From an uncultured virus (IMG/VR IMGVR_UViG_3300044638_009799) (Duplodnaviria > Heunggongvirae > Uroviricota > Caudoviricetes): a DNA stretch of 64,000 nucleotides. A program made the translations under genes and the position numbers. This document shows positions 9,146 through 19,575 of the stretch, piece after piece. The stretch's first letter is position 1. Each line of letters starts with the position of its first letter. Below the pieces are notes generated by a model that did no database searches, had not been told where the DNA came from, and saw nothing but the letters and a program-made list of their open reading frames with translations. Where the stretch lies: IMG/VR virus record IMGVR_UViG_3300044638_009799; one strand, given 5' to 3'.

Positions 9146-10831
9146 ATGGCTAATGAATTTATAATTCGTAATGGTTTAACAGTAATAAGCGGTCAAATAA
9201 GCGGGACTTTAGCTAATAATATAATTTTTTCTGGAAATGTAAATTCTGGAGTAATTGGAACTTTTCATTTAGCTTCAGGTGTTTTATCAACAGCAACACT
9301 TGGTAGTGGTCAGGTTACTTCTGGCGTAATCGCCAGTGGAACTGTCAATCAATTTGCGCTATCTTCAGGCGCTGTCAATAGCGGACATATCGGTAATGCT
9401 GCTGTTGTTTCCGGCAGTATTGCAAGTGGTTCTATTTCTAAATTCCAAATTGCTAGTGGTCAAGTAGTCAAAGGATTAGCCCAAGGCACAAGTATCACTA
9501 TTACTGCTGACGCAAATGATGTTTTTACAATTAACGCTGTTGTCTCTGGCGGAATGGCTCCGCTAATTGTTTCAAGTGGTTTGAGTTTTTCTTCTGGTTC
9601 ATATTTTGACGGTACACAGTCCGGCGCTATTATTGGTATTAATAGCGGAGGAATTACAAGTCAACTTATTGCTAATAATGCAATTGTTTCTGGTAAAATA
9701 GCTTCAGGAAGTATTGGTGTGTTTCAGCTTGCGTCAGGGGTTATTTCAACAGCAACACTTGGTAGTGGTCAAGTCACATCTGGAGTAATTGGTAACGCAG
9801 CAGTTGTTTCTGGGTCAATTGCTAGCGGCAGTGTTGGATCTCTTCACTTATCTTCAGGTGCCGCTTCCGCCAATTTATTATCAGGCAGCGTTTCAAACAA
9901 TCAACTTGCCAATAGTTCAGTAACCATCAACGGTGCATCTACTTCTCTTGGCGGAAGTTACAACAATCAAACACTTACCATAGGATCAGGTCTTACTGGT
10001 GGCAGTTATAACGGCAGTGGCGCAGTAACTATTGCTTTGGCTTCTGGCGCTTCTTTATCTAATCTCTTGAGTGGAAGCATCGGCTCTGGTTTACTTGCTA
10101 ACAATAGTGTTGTTTCTGGAAGCATTGCTTCTGGTCAAATTGGAACTAACCACATTGCTTCTGGAGCAATACTAAATGCCAATTTGAGTACAGGATTGAT
10201 TCAAGCAAGTAATATGACATTCAATTCTGTACTATCTGGAACACTAGGAAGCGGAATTGTTGGATCTGTTCACTTGGCTGACGGTGCTGTTCAGTCTGGA
10301 GATATTAGCAGTGGTCAAATAGGTCAATTCCATGTTGCATCAGGAGTTTTGTTCTCAGTAACAAATCCTGTAGACAACAGAGTTCTTACGAGTTTGGCAT
10401 CAGGGACCAATCAGGCTAATGCTGAGTCTAATTTCACATTTGATGGATCAAATCTTAATGTTGGTTCGGTTGGAGGATTGACAACATTTTCTGTCACAAG
10501 TGGCGGATATGTAAAAATTCAATCAAGTTTGTTTAGTGGTCAAGTTTCAACATTTAACGCTTACAGTATTCCGCAAACAGATGGGGTTGCAGCATTTTAT
10601 GATTACTATGTTTTTAATCAAACAAATGGAGCTTATCGTGCTGGTAATGTCGTAACAACTTGGAATACCGCAAGTGGCATTATTGTTTATAGTGAAACTG
10701 GTACTGATGATCTGGGCGGCTCAACAATTGATCTTCAGTGGTCAACTGTATTACAATCTGGAAATGTTGTTTTAAGACCAACTTTAACTGCTGGTACTTG
10801 GAATCTTAAAGTTGGCGCAAGAGTTTTATAA
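9146..10831 (+). CDS. Ser/Gly decapeptide-repeat fibre-like protein 2
   Basis: MANEFIIRNGL start, same repeats, shared C-terminal domain; SD AGGAG. Confidence 0.65.
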   Translation: MANEFIIRNGLTVISGQISGTLANNIIFSGNVNSGVIGTFHLASGVLSTATLGSGQVTSGVIASGTVNQFALSSGAVNSGHIGNAAVVSGSIASGSISKFQIASGQVVKGLAQGTSITITADANDVFTINAVVSGGMAPLIVSSGLSFSSGSYFDGTQSGAIIGINSGGITSQLIANNAIVSGKIASGSIGVFQLASGVISTATLGSGQVTSGVIGNAAVVSGSIASGSVGSLHLSSGAASANLLSGSVSNNQLANSSVTINGASTSLGGSYNNQTLTIGSGLTGGSYNGSGAVTIALASGASLSNLLSGSIGSGLLANNSVVSGSIASGQIGTNHIASGAILNANLSTGLIQASNMTFNSVLSGTLGSGIVGSVHLADGAVQSGDISSGQIGQFHVASGVLFSVTNPVDNRVLTSLASGTNQANAESNFTFDGSNLNVGSVGGLTTFSVTSGGYVKIQSSLFSGQVSTFNAYSIPQTDGVAAFYDYYVFNQTNGAYRAGNVVTTWNTASGIIVYSETGTDDLGGSTIDLQWSTVLQSGNVVLRPTLTAGTWNLKVGARVL

Positions 10832-10910
10832 AAATTAATATTTAAAGCGCAAGGAAGCGCATATATAATTTTGCAATATACTCCTTTTGGATAGTGAAAA
10901 AAGGTAAAAA

Positions 10911-13900
10911 ATGTCAGACTTTATGGTAAAAAGGGGGCTTCTTCTTGACGATCAAGCCCCAGCTAAATTTGTTGATGCTTCTGGTGTACTTTATGTGAGT
11001 TTAAAAGCTCCCAGTCAAGTAAGTTCAGGGAATGTCTTCATCACGCTTCCAGCCAATCAACCAATCAGCGGAACCATATTAATCGCCAATGCTTCTGGCG
11101 AACTATGCTGGTGTCCAATATTAAAATCTGGAGATGTAACGTCTGGATTTATTGGTAATGCATCAGTTGTATCTGGAAGTATTGCTAGTGGTCAAATCGG
11201 CAGTATTCATTTAGCTTCTGGTACTATCCCTGCTGGATTTGCTTTATCTTCTGGAATAATCACTTCAGGTTATATTGGTAACGCTGCTGTCACTAGCGGA
11301 AATGTTGCTTCTGGACAAATTGGTCACTTTCACATAGCAGATAATGCAGTCCAGTCTGGTAATATTGCAAGTGGGAATGTTGGTATTTACAAACTTGATG
11401 CACTGACAACAACGTACACAGCAAATTCCGGCTTAATAGTTGGTCAAGTATTGACATATACTGGTTCTGGGATGATCTGGCAAGACTCAGAAAAAGAAAT
11501 TTTGATTGTGCGAAATGACACTGGTGTTACAATAACAAAAGGAAGTGTCGTTTATATCAGTGGTGGTCTGGGAAACAAGCCACTTGTCACTCTTGCTTCT
11601 GCATCATCAGAGTCTGCAAGTAGCAAAACAATTGGTGTTATGCAAGATGACTTGGCTAACAATGAAGAAGGTAGATGTCTTGTATCAGGCATTCTTGAGG
11701 ATGTAAATACTAATTCTTATGCTGCTGGCGATAGATTGTATCTTTCCATTACAGCGGGTCAGTGGACGACGACAAGATATCAGCCTCCTGTTGGGCATCA
11801 AGTTTATATTGGGACAGTTGTAAGGTCACATATAAACTTCGGCAGAATTGCCATAACCATCCAAAATGGCTTTGAGGTGAATGAATTACACGATGTAAGA
11901 GTCATGAGTGGATCATATGCTAGTGGTCAAGTGCTCCAGTACACTACTCAGAGTGGTGGATATTGGCAGAATGTAATGTATTCTGTTGGCTCTGGTTACA
12001 TTGGCAATGGAGCAATTTTAAGTGGTAATATTGCTAGTGGACAAATTGATTTATTTCATCTTGCAAGTGGAACTGTATTTTCTGGCACATTTGTCACATC
12101 TGGTAGTGTTCAGAGTGGATCACTAGGAAATGCTTCTGTTGTTAGTGGAAGCATTGGATCAGGGCAAATTGGTCTTAGTCATCTTGCATCTGGCACTGTA
12201 TTTTCTGGTACGTTCTTGTTATCAGGTAATGTAACTTCTGGCTATATTGGTAACTCTTCTGTTAATTCAGGTAATATAACATTAGGCGTTATTGGCAATA
12301 TTCACATTGCTTCTGGTGGTTTAACTTCAGGAGCAATTTCTTCTGGCAGTATCGGTTCTGTTCATTTAGCTGATGGTGCAGTTCAATCTGGAGATATATC
12401 TTCTGGACAAATTGGCAGAATGCATCTGAGTTCTGGTGCTGTTAATAGTGGACATTTAGCTGCAAATAGCGTTGTTTCTGGAGACATTGCTAGTGGAACA
12501 ATAACTGGTGGTTCTTCTGGACAAGTTCAAGTAAATAATGGTGCAGCATTAACTGGTTCATCTGGTTTGACATGGGACGGCACAATTTTAAGTGCAAATC
12601 AACTCACACTAACAAACTCAGTGGGAGATGAAGGTGGAGAAATACTATTAGCTAAAGCCCAGACCAATACAACACTAAGTGGTACTGGTGTTACTATAGA
12701 TGTTTATCAAGATAGATTAAGATTTTTTGAACAAGGTGGTAATGCTAGAGGTTTTTATCTTCAAATTACAAGCGGTGGCGGTGGTGTTAGCACAAACATC
12801 ATGGCAGACGGCGCTGTTGTGCTACAAAGCGGACAAGTTCAGTCTGGATTGATTGGAAACAATGCTGTTGTTTCTGGAAGTATTGCTAGTGGACAAATTG
12901 GACAGTTCCATCATGCTAGCGGAAGTGTAACAAGTGGTCATATTGGAAACAATGCTGTTGTTTCTGGAAGTATTGCTAGTGGACAAATAGGTGTTAATCA
13001 TTTAATTTCTGGATTAATTACAACATTGACACTAGGATCTGGTCAAGTAACAAGTGGGATAATTGCCAGCGGAAGTATTGGTAGCTTCCATTTAGCTAAT
13101 GGTGCAATATTAAGCGGAGATATTGCAAGTGGTCAAATAGGACAATTCCATCTAAGTAGCGGAACTGTAAATAGTGGTCATATTGGAAACAATGCTGTAG
13201 TAAGTGGATCAATTGCATCAGGTCAAATCGGTCAATTCCATCTATCAAATAACAGCGTGTTCAGCGGTGCAATTGCATCTGGTCAAATTGGTAATTTTCA
13301 CCTATCTTCTGGTGCAGTCACTAGTGGAGATATTGGTAATAATGCAGTTGTGTCTGGATCTATTGCTAGTGGTCAAGTAGGTATTAATCATTTAGTTTCA
13401 GGTTTGATCACAACATTAACGCTTGGTTCTGGTCAGGTAACTTCTGGAAATATTGCTAGTGGTGTGATCTTTAGATTACTTTCTGGAAATATTACATCTG
13501 GATTTATTGGAAACAATGCTGTAGTAAGTGGATCAATTGCATCTGGTCAAGTAGGACAATATCATTTATCAAATAACAGCGTGTTCAGCGGTGCAATTGC
13601 ATCTGGTCAAATTGGTAATTTTCACCTATCTTCTGGTGCTGTTACTAGTGGAGATATTGGTAATAATGCTGTAGTAAGTGGATCTATTGCTAGTGGACAA
13701 ATTGGACAATTCCATCATGCTAGTGGAAGTGTAACAAGTGGTCATATTGGAAATAACGCAGTTGTTTCTGGAAGTATGGGATCTGGTCTTATTGTAGGTA
13801 TCAGTAGCACTTCTGGAAATTTAGCCGTTGGCACTAATTCTTTAAATGTTAACAGATCAGGAGGATATAATACAGCAATAGGAACTCAAGCGTTAAATGC

Positions 13901-15392
13901 TTGTTACAATGGTGGATTCAACACAGCTGTTGGCTATCAAGCTTTAGCCACCGTCAGCGGTGAGATAAATGCTAATGATGCGTTCGGCGCACAATCTTTG
14001 TCGAAATTAGAATATGGGGCTAACAATGTAAGCATAGGAGGTGGAACTCTTTCAAATCTGCGATCAGGTGGTCTTAATACTACATTAGGAGCATTTGCAG
14101 GACAATACGTTTCTGGAGATATAAATACATTTACAAGAGGTAGTGGAAATATTGCAATAGGTTTTGCGACAAAATTTGCAACAGATGATACAAAAAATCA
14201 AATAGTAATAGGATTTAATGCTACTGGTATTGGATCAGATTCAACAGTTATTGGTAATAATAACATTATATCTGGAAGAATTTTTGGTAATATAAATTTT
14301 CCTCATGGTTTATATTGGAGTTCGGGAAATATCGTTTCAGGTGGTGCATTAGTATCGACATTTGGATCTGGAACAATTACATCTGGTGCTATTGCTAGTG
14401 GTCAAATCGGTAAATTCCATCTATCAAATAATTCTGTATTTTCTGGCAATGTTTCATCAAGCGAAATTGGAGCCATTCATCTTGCAAGTGGCGCTGTTAC
14501 ATCTGGCGCTATTGCATCAGGAGTTATAGGAGTAAACCATCTTTCTCAGATAATCCAAAACAATATACAACAAAAAACAAATGACTTTAGATTGAGTGTG
14601 CAGTCTGGAGTTGCCATAACCTCAACAGATCAGTCAGGACAATCAACTTTGTATCTTGTGCCGTACACTGGCAACACTATTAGTCTGCATGATGGAACCA
14701 ACTGGAAAACGAGTATTGCATCGGGCACTGTAGTTAGCCTATCTATAACAGGACTAACTAGCGGCAGACCATATGATGTTTTTGCATATGATAATTCTGG
14801 AGTTCCTGCTTTGGAATTTGGCACAGTATGGACCACCGTTAATACAAGAGCCGATGCAATTCAAGTGGTTGATGGGGTAAGTCTTAAATCTGGAACACTA
14901 ACGAGAAGATTAATTGGAACAATTCTGCCAACTGCACCTACCACAACAAATGACACAGCAATTCAAAGATATGTTCATAATTTTGACAACCAAGTTTCCA
15001 GACGACTTTTTGTGGGAGATGCAACTAGTCATACTTACGCATCAACAACAAATAGAATATGGAATCTTAATAGTGGAATTCAAATCCAATATGTGGCAAG
15101 TCAGGATGGAATTGCAGGAAATTTGGGAATGCAGACCGCCAGCAGAATAAGTACTGGTGCATCTTTCGCAAGAACGCAAGTCACTGGTGGAACAAATCAA
15201 CTGCCGACCACTAATAACGGAATTTCAACTCTAGCAGCTAGCGGAGCTTTACTCCAATATATGAGCGCACCTAGTGCCACCCATCAGAGCGTTCTGGGAT
15301 ATAATTATTTTTATCCCCAAGAAAGTGTCACTGCTGCTGGAGCGACTGGCACTTTTGCCGCAGTTGACCTCTTTGGTGAAATTAAAGGATAA
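10911..15392 (+). CDS. Long Ser/Gly-repeat tail fibre/adhesin-like protein
   Basis: 1493 aa; dozens of decapeptide repeats, NTAIG/NTAVG YadA-head-like repeats, globular inserts. Confidence 0.7.
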   Translation: MSDFMVKRGLLLDDQAPAKFVDASGVLYVSLKAPSQVSSGNVFITLPANQPISGTILIANASGELCWCPILKSGDVTSGFIGNASVVSGSIASGQIGSIHLASGTIPAGFALSSGIITSGYIGNAAVTSGNVASGQIGHFHIADNAVQSGNIASGNVGIYKLDALTTTYTANSGLIVGQVLTYTGSGMIWQDSEKEILIVRNDTGVTITKGSVVYISGGLGNKPLVTLASASSESASSKTIGVMQDDLANNEEGRCLVSGILEDVNTNSYAAGDRLYLSITAGQWTTTRYQPPVGHQVYIGTVVRSHINFGRIAITIQNGFEVNELHDVRVMSGSYASGQVLQYTTQSGGYWQNVMYSVGSGYIGNGAILSGNIASGQIDLFHLASGTVFSGTFVTSGSVQSGSLGNASVVSGSIGSGQIGLSHLASGTVFSGTFLLSGNVTSGYIGNSSVNSGNITLGVIGNIHIASGGLTSGAISSGSIGSVHLADGAVQSGDISSGQIGRMHLSSGAVNSGHLAANSVVSGDIASGTITGGSSGQVQVNNGAALTGSSGLTWDGTILSANQLTLTNSVGDEGGEILLAKAQTNTTLSGTGVTIDVYQDRLRFFEQGGNARGFYLQITSGGGGVSTNIMADGAVVLQSGQVQSGLIGNNAVVSGSIASGQIGQFHHASGSVTSGHIGNNAVVSGSIASGQIGVNHLISGLITTLTLGSGQVTSGIIASGSIGSFHLANGAILSGDIASGQIGQFHLSSGTVNSGHIGNNAVVSGSIASGQIGQFHLSNNSVFSGAIASGQIGNFHLSSGAVTSGDIGNNAVVSGSIASGQVGINHLVSGLITTLTLGSGQVTSGNIASGVIFRLLSGNITSGFIGNNAVVSGSIASGQVGQYHLSNNSVFSGAIASGQIGNFHLSSGAVTSGDIGNNAVVSGSIASGQIGQFHHASGSVTSGHIGNNAVVSGSMGSGLIVGISSTSGNLAVGTNSLNVNRSGGYNTAIGTQALNACYNGGFNTAVGYQALATVSGEINANDAFGAQSLSKLEYGANNVSIGGGTLSNLRSGGLNTTLGAFAGQYVSGDINTFTRGSGNIAIGFATKFATDDTKNQIVIGFNATGIGSDSTVIGNNNIISGRIFGNINFPHGLYWSSGNIVSGGALVSTFGSGTITSGAIASGQIGKFHLSNNSVFSGNVSSSEIGAIHLASGAVTSGAIASGVIGVNHLSQIIQNNIQQKTNDFRLSVQSGVAITSTDQSGQSTLYLVPYTGNTISLHDGTNWKTSIASGTVVSLSITGLTSGRPYDVFAYDNSGVPALEFGTVWTTVNTRADAIQVVDGVSLKSGTLTRRLIGTILPTAPTTTNDTAIQRYVHNFDNQVSRRLFVGDATSHTYASTTNRIWNLNSGIQIQYVASQDGIAGNLGMQTASRISTGASFARTQVTGGTNQLPTTNNGISTLAASGALLQYMSAPSATHQSVLGYNYFYPQESVTAAGATGTFAAVDLFGEIKG
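13243..13639 (+). repeat. 73-bp exact direct repeat inside fibre gene (13243-13315 = 13567-13639)
   Basis: Read directly; 324-nt offset. A second exact pair lies at about 12852-12898 / 12942-12988. Confidence 0.85.
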
Positions 15393-15395
15393 AAA

Positions 15396-15893
15396 ATGGA
15401 AATTGAACAAATTCATGAACTTATTGAAAAAGTATGCCCCATCTATGGTGTGTATAAAGACAAAGATGGTATTGCAAATATTCACTACAAAGAAGAAGCA
15501 ACATCAGATCAAATTGCAGCTTCTATAGATTTGGTGCAACAACTACCACTTCTTTCTGCTAAACAAAATAAAATGGCTAAGATAGATAAAGAATTCAGTA
15601 ATAAAATTGATTCAGGATTTCTTACAAGTTACGGCTGGAAACTAGGATTATCTATTGATGATCTTGTTTTACTATCTAGTTTGTACCTCATGGCAACTAC
15701 ATGTGAAAAAGCAGGACTTCAAATCCCATCAATCATAGATACAGATGGGATGCCACATCTTCTTGATATGCAATGGTTAACTGTGATTATGCTGCAATAT
15801 GGAGAATATCGGTCGCAAATGAGCCTTGAGTACGCAACTAAAAAGAAATCTGTTAATGATGCGACGACCATCGAAGAGGTGGAAAATGTCTGA
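15396..15893 (+). CDS. Putative tail-fibre assembly/chaperone protein
   Basis: Directly after fibre gene; C-terminus ..VNDATTIEEVENV typical of such proteins. Confidence 0.5.
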   Translation: MEIEQIHELIEKVCPIYGVYKDKDGIANIHYKEEATSDQIAASIDLVQQLPLLSAKQNKMAKIDKEFSNKIDSGFLTSYGWKLGLSIDDLVLLSSLYLMATTCEKAGLQIPSIIDTDGMPHLLDMQWLTVIMLQYGEYRSQMSLEYATKKKSVNDATTIEEVENV

Positions 15894-15960
15894 TCGGGAA
15901 AGAAGAACAGAAAAATTATCTGTAAAACTGATAACACAAGAAATTCACAACCTGCCTAAT

Positions 15961-16560
15961 CTAAAACTTATCAAAAAATACATTGAAACTTACACTGATT
16001 CTGTCATCAGAAGAATTATTCGTTTGCACACTATGCTCTAACCAAGATGGAAATAAATAGACAGAACCAGCAACAGCAGGATAAATCAATACATTTGAAT
16101 TAACTAAATTAAGCTCATTATAATTAGGATCAATCATTTCCTTAGCAATCAATGGACTATGAAAAACTATATTCCCACAATTCTCAGGTGTCTGTAAATA
16201 ATATACACCCGACAAGAAACTCCTCGGATGTATATGCCTAACATTATACGATCCCTTAGCATTAACATTTACCCAAGAATTAAAAATACGAAGCTCTTCA
16301 ACAATATTCAAAGAATTTTTAATCTTACCAATAACTTCTTCCAAATCTTTTTTCAAAAGCTCACAAATCTTAGTATCTAAAAAATTATCAACACTCTGCC
16401 AACCACCATTCATGTTCGTCTTCTGCACTCCAGAAGAATATGCTTGCTTATACCTCGTATACTCTATTAATGTATCTCTATAGATATCATTAATTTTACA
16501 ACTATAAATGGTGGTTGGAAATACTAACTCACACTTAATTTCATTCATAATACTTTCCAC
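15961..16560 (-). CDS. 2OG-Fe(II) oxygenase (TIGR02466-like)
   Basis: WVNVN, HIHPRSFLSGVYYL, FPSWLEHSV, RISVSFN. Confidence 0.85.
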   Translation of the reverse strand: MESIMNEIKCELVFPTTIYSCKINDIYRDTLIEYTRYKQAYSSGVQKTNMNGGWQSVDNFLDTKICELLKKDLEEVIGKIKNSLNIVEELRIFNSWVNVNAKGSYNVRHIHPRSFLSGVYYLQTPENCGNIVFHSPLIAKEMIDPNYNELNLVNSNVLIYPAVAGSVYLFPSWLEHSVQTNNSSDDRISVSFNVFFDKF

Positions 16561-17710
16561 TAGTCACATCCAAATGACGACACTTGATATCACCATCGAC
16601 CAACAACTTGAATCCCTTGTCACGAAGCTTCTGCGACAAGAAACTATCTTGCGTCAAATGAGCAGTTGTTACAGTCCAAGGATACTCGGTCTGTAAAAAA
16701 CATTCCATAGGGAAAAGAGTAAATCCTTGAGCAATCGTGTAAACTTCATATACACCAACATCTTTGTTACTTAACGTCAGGGCTTGTCTCTTTCCCCCGA
16801 CGATTTGTATGTGAACACCTTCTCTGTTTTCTTGCTTTTTCACATAATATCCACCCAATACTACCTTGGGATCACCAATTTCCCTGTATCTTTGCAATAA
16901 CTTAAAGAATCCATCATCTGGAGGGAAAGTATCATCTTCTACAGTAAGAAGAAAGTCTGCGCCATCATCCAGAGCGGTCTGGATTGCGTCATTATATGCA
17001 TCGGCTGTCGATCTGCCAAACACGTTAAGATACTTAATCTGAACACCAGAAGGAATAGACAATTTCTCTAGTACTGGCAAATTCTCTGCCTTTTCCCTTG
17101 TTGGAACAACAATTAAAACTTTTACATCACCGACTTCCAAATATTTTTTTTCGACCTCTCGGATATGATCTAACTTAGGTGTACCAGTAAGATTGATCTG
17201 GCGTAATGCTTCACTGTTGCCGACACCAATACGACCAGTTGCCTGAAGATCTTGCTGTGCCTGTCGTTCTAAACGAAGCTTCCAATAATCAGGTTGAGCA
17301 GCATCAATTTCTTGCCTTGTATACTTCTTGGGGAAACTTTGCCAAATCTTATAAAGAGATTCAAACTCTCTTAAAGCTCCCAACACTGCACGATCTTGCT
17401 CTTCTAGGTCAATTCTTTTTAGATCTGCGTCAATCTGATCAATTTCAGTTCCCTTGTCTTCCAATTCCTTGATTTGAATTTCAATCTTTCTTCTTCCTAG
17501 TTTTGCTCTCCTTAAATTATCATATTTGATTTGCATCTCCAAAACGCATTGAGAGTATGCTAATGTATCGTGGTCATGCTGACCAACTACGAATTTGTCT
17601 AGGACATATGCTGTTCTAGGCATTTGGATTTCAAGGAAAGCTGATTCCATTTCCTTTACTAAATCAATTGCTTTATCAACTCTTTCATCAATCGGAATAA
17701 GTTCGCTCAT
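16541..17710 (-). CDS. Coiled-coil domain fused to GT-A glycosyltransferase domain
   Basis: Helical N-half; C-half VLIVVPTRE, TVEDD, TQDSFL, CRHLD. Confidence 0.6.
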   Translation of the reverse strand: MSELIPIDERVDKAIDLVKEMESAFLEIQMPRTAYVLDKFVVGQHDHDTLAYSQCVLEMQIKYDNLRRAKLGRRKIEIQIKELEDKGTEIDQIDADLKRIDLEEQDRAVLGALREFESLYKIWQSFPKKYTRQEIDAAQPDYWKLRLERQAQQDLQATGRIGVGNSEALRQINLTGTPKLDHIREVEKKYLEVGDVKVLIVVPTREKAENLPVLEKLSIPSGVQIKYLNVFGRSTADAYNDAIQTALDDGADFLLTVEDDTFPPDDGFFKLLQRYREIGDPKVVLGGYYVKKQENREGVHIQIVGGKRQALTLSNKDVGVYEVYTIAQGFTLFPMECFLQTEYPWTVTTAHLTQDSFLSQKLRDKGFKLLVDGDIKCRHLDVTSGKYYE

Positions 17711-17788
17711 AATTTTTCTCCTATATCTTAATAGAGAATTTATTAATTTTTCCTATATTAAAACATAATAAATTATTAGGTAATAAAT

Positions 17789-18460
17789 ATGCCAGCATCA
17801 TGGGAACAAATAAATACAGCTCCAATCAACCACAATAGAGTACTTGGATGTATTCTTACAAGAGAAACAGTTAGTACTGCATGGGCATTTGGCTTCAGAA
17901 ACATACATATGCCAAATGGAGCTTGGACGGCATTATCGGGAATGCCATTCGGGCATGCCAGAGATACTGGTGGTCTAAAACTCTTAGAGCTAGGCTGGGA
18001 ATGGTTGTTCTTCCTAGACGATGATGTAATTTGTCCACCAGACACAATTTTAAAACTATTAAGTCACAACAAACCAATCGTAAGTGGTGTCTATTACAGG
18101 CGTTACGCTCCATTAGCACCCGTAATGCTTCTAGATTCAGCAAACGGACCACAATGGATCACTGAATATCCTGCTAACAGCTTAATAAAAGTCGATTATG
18201 TCGGAGCTGGATGTTTGTTAATTCACAGATCTGTTTTAGAAAGTTTGCCACCATTAAGTACTAGTGCTCACTGGTTCGAATGGAGGTGCAATAGGACAGA
18301 TCTTCCTCATCTAGAAAAGACCAGCGAAGATTTTACCTTCTGTAAGCATGCACGAAATCATGGTTTTGAAATTTTTGTCGATACTTCGATACAATGTCAA
18401 CATTGTGGTCAGGCAAGCAGTAATATTGAAGGATTCAAACCATTGGAGATCAAACCATGA
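17789..18460 (+). CDS. GT2-like glycosyltransferase
   Basis: FFLDDDV, GAGCLLIHR, SEDFTFC, CQH. Confidence 0.8.
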   Translation: MPASWEQINTAPINHNRVLGCILTRETVSTAWAFGFRNIHMPNGAWTALSGMPFGHARDTGGLKLLELGWEWLFFLDDDVICPPDTILKLLSHNKPIVSGVYYRRYAPLAPVMLLDSANGPQWITEYPANSLIKVDYVGAGCLLIHRSVLESLPPLSTSAHWFEWRCNRTDLPHLEKTSEDFTFCKHARNHGFEIFVDTSIQCQHCGQASSNIEGFKPLEIKP

Positions 18461-19515
18461 AAATGACACATTTACCAACAAGCAGCACCAAAAAACTCAA
18501 GATCTGTGTAATATCAACGACAGTTTTACCTTGTCCCCCAACTGGATATGCTGGATTGGAGATGATTTCTTGGCAATGCGCCGAAGGTTTGCATGCTAAA
18601 GGTCATGAAGTAACACTTATTGCACCTAAAGGATCAAAAACTAACGCAAATTTACATGAAACCACATTAGGTGAATCTGAAAGACAAGCATATTCTGGTT
18701 ATTGGGAAAAACTAACACAATTTGATGTAATTATTGACCATAGCTGGGAAAAATGGAGTTATATCCTAAAGATGGAAGGTCATCTTCCACAACCTATCTT
18801 AGGTGTCCTACATGCTCCTGTAGAAACAATGTACAGCATTGCTCCTCCTGTTCCTTTTCCTTCTTTTATTTGTATCAGCAAAGATCAATCAGAAGTATGC
18901 ACAACACATTTAAAGTGCGGTTCAAGAGTTGCTTACAATGGTGTTGATGTTGATTTTTATTCTAGAAGCAATAAAGCCAGAAATAACAGATATTTGTTTT
19001 TAGCAAGAATCAGTTCTATTAAAGGTCCACATATTGCTTGTAGTGTTGCAAACATATGTGGAGTTGGGTTAGATTTGGTTGGAGATGATCGTATCACTGG
19101 TGAACCAGACTTATTGCGTAAGATTAAAGACGCATGTATTATTTCTCCAAATTTGCGTTATATAGGGCATCAAGACAGGAATGAATGCGTAGATTGGTTT
19201 AATACAAATAAAGCCCTTCTGCACCCCAATTTGCACTACAGGGAACCATTTGGATTAGCTCCTGTTGAAGCACAGTTGTGTGGAATGCCAGTTATTGCAT
19301 GGGATAATGGTGCAATGCGTGAAACAGTTAAGCATGGTGAGACTGGATTCTTGGTTAGGACTCAGGATGAGATGGAAAATTTGATTAAGTCTGATGCTGT
19401 TAATGATATTAAGTCAGAAAACTGTATTGAGTGGGCAAGACAATTTTCTTACGAAAATATGGTTAATAGGTATGAAGAATTGTGTTACGAAGCTATTGAC
19501 ACAGGTGGTTGGTAA
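18457..19515 (+). CDS. GT4 glycosyltransferase
   Basis: PPTGYAGLE, EPFGLAPVEAQLCGMPV. Confidence 0.88.
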   Translation: MKMTHLPTSSTKKLKICVISTTVLPCPPTGYAGLEMISWQCAEGLHAKGHEVTLIAPKGSKTNANLHETTLGESERQAYSGYWEKLTQFDVIIDHSWEKWSYILKMEGHLPQPILGVLHAPVETMYSIAPPVPFPSFICISKDQSEVCTTHLKCGSRVAYNGVDVDFYSRSNKARNNRYLFLARISSIKGPHIACSVANICGVGLDLVGDDRITGEPDLLRKIKDACIISPNLRYIGHQDRNECVDWFNTNKALLHPNLHYREPFGLAPVEAQLCGMPVIAWDNGAMRETVKHGETGFLVRTQDEMENLIKSDAVNDIKSENCIEWARQFSYENMVNRYEELCYEAIDTGGW

Positions 19516-19575
19516 ATTTTCTTTACTAGCATTTGCTGATAGTCAGATAACTTTTACTTAAAAGGAAATTATTAA

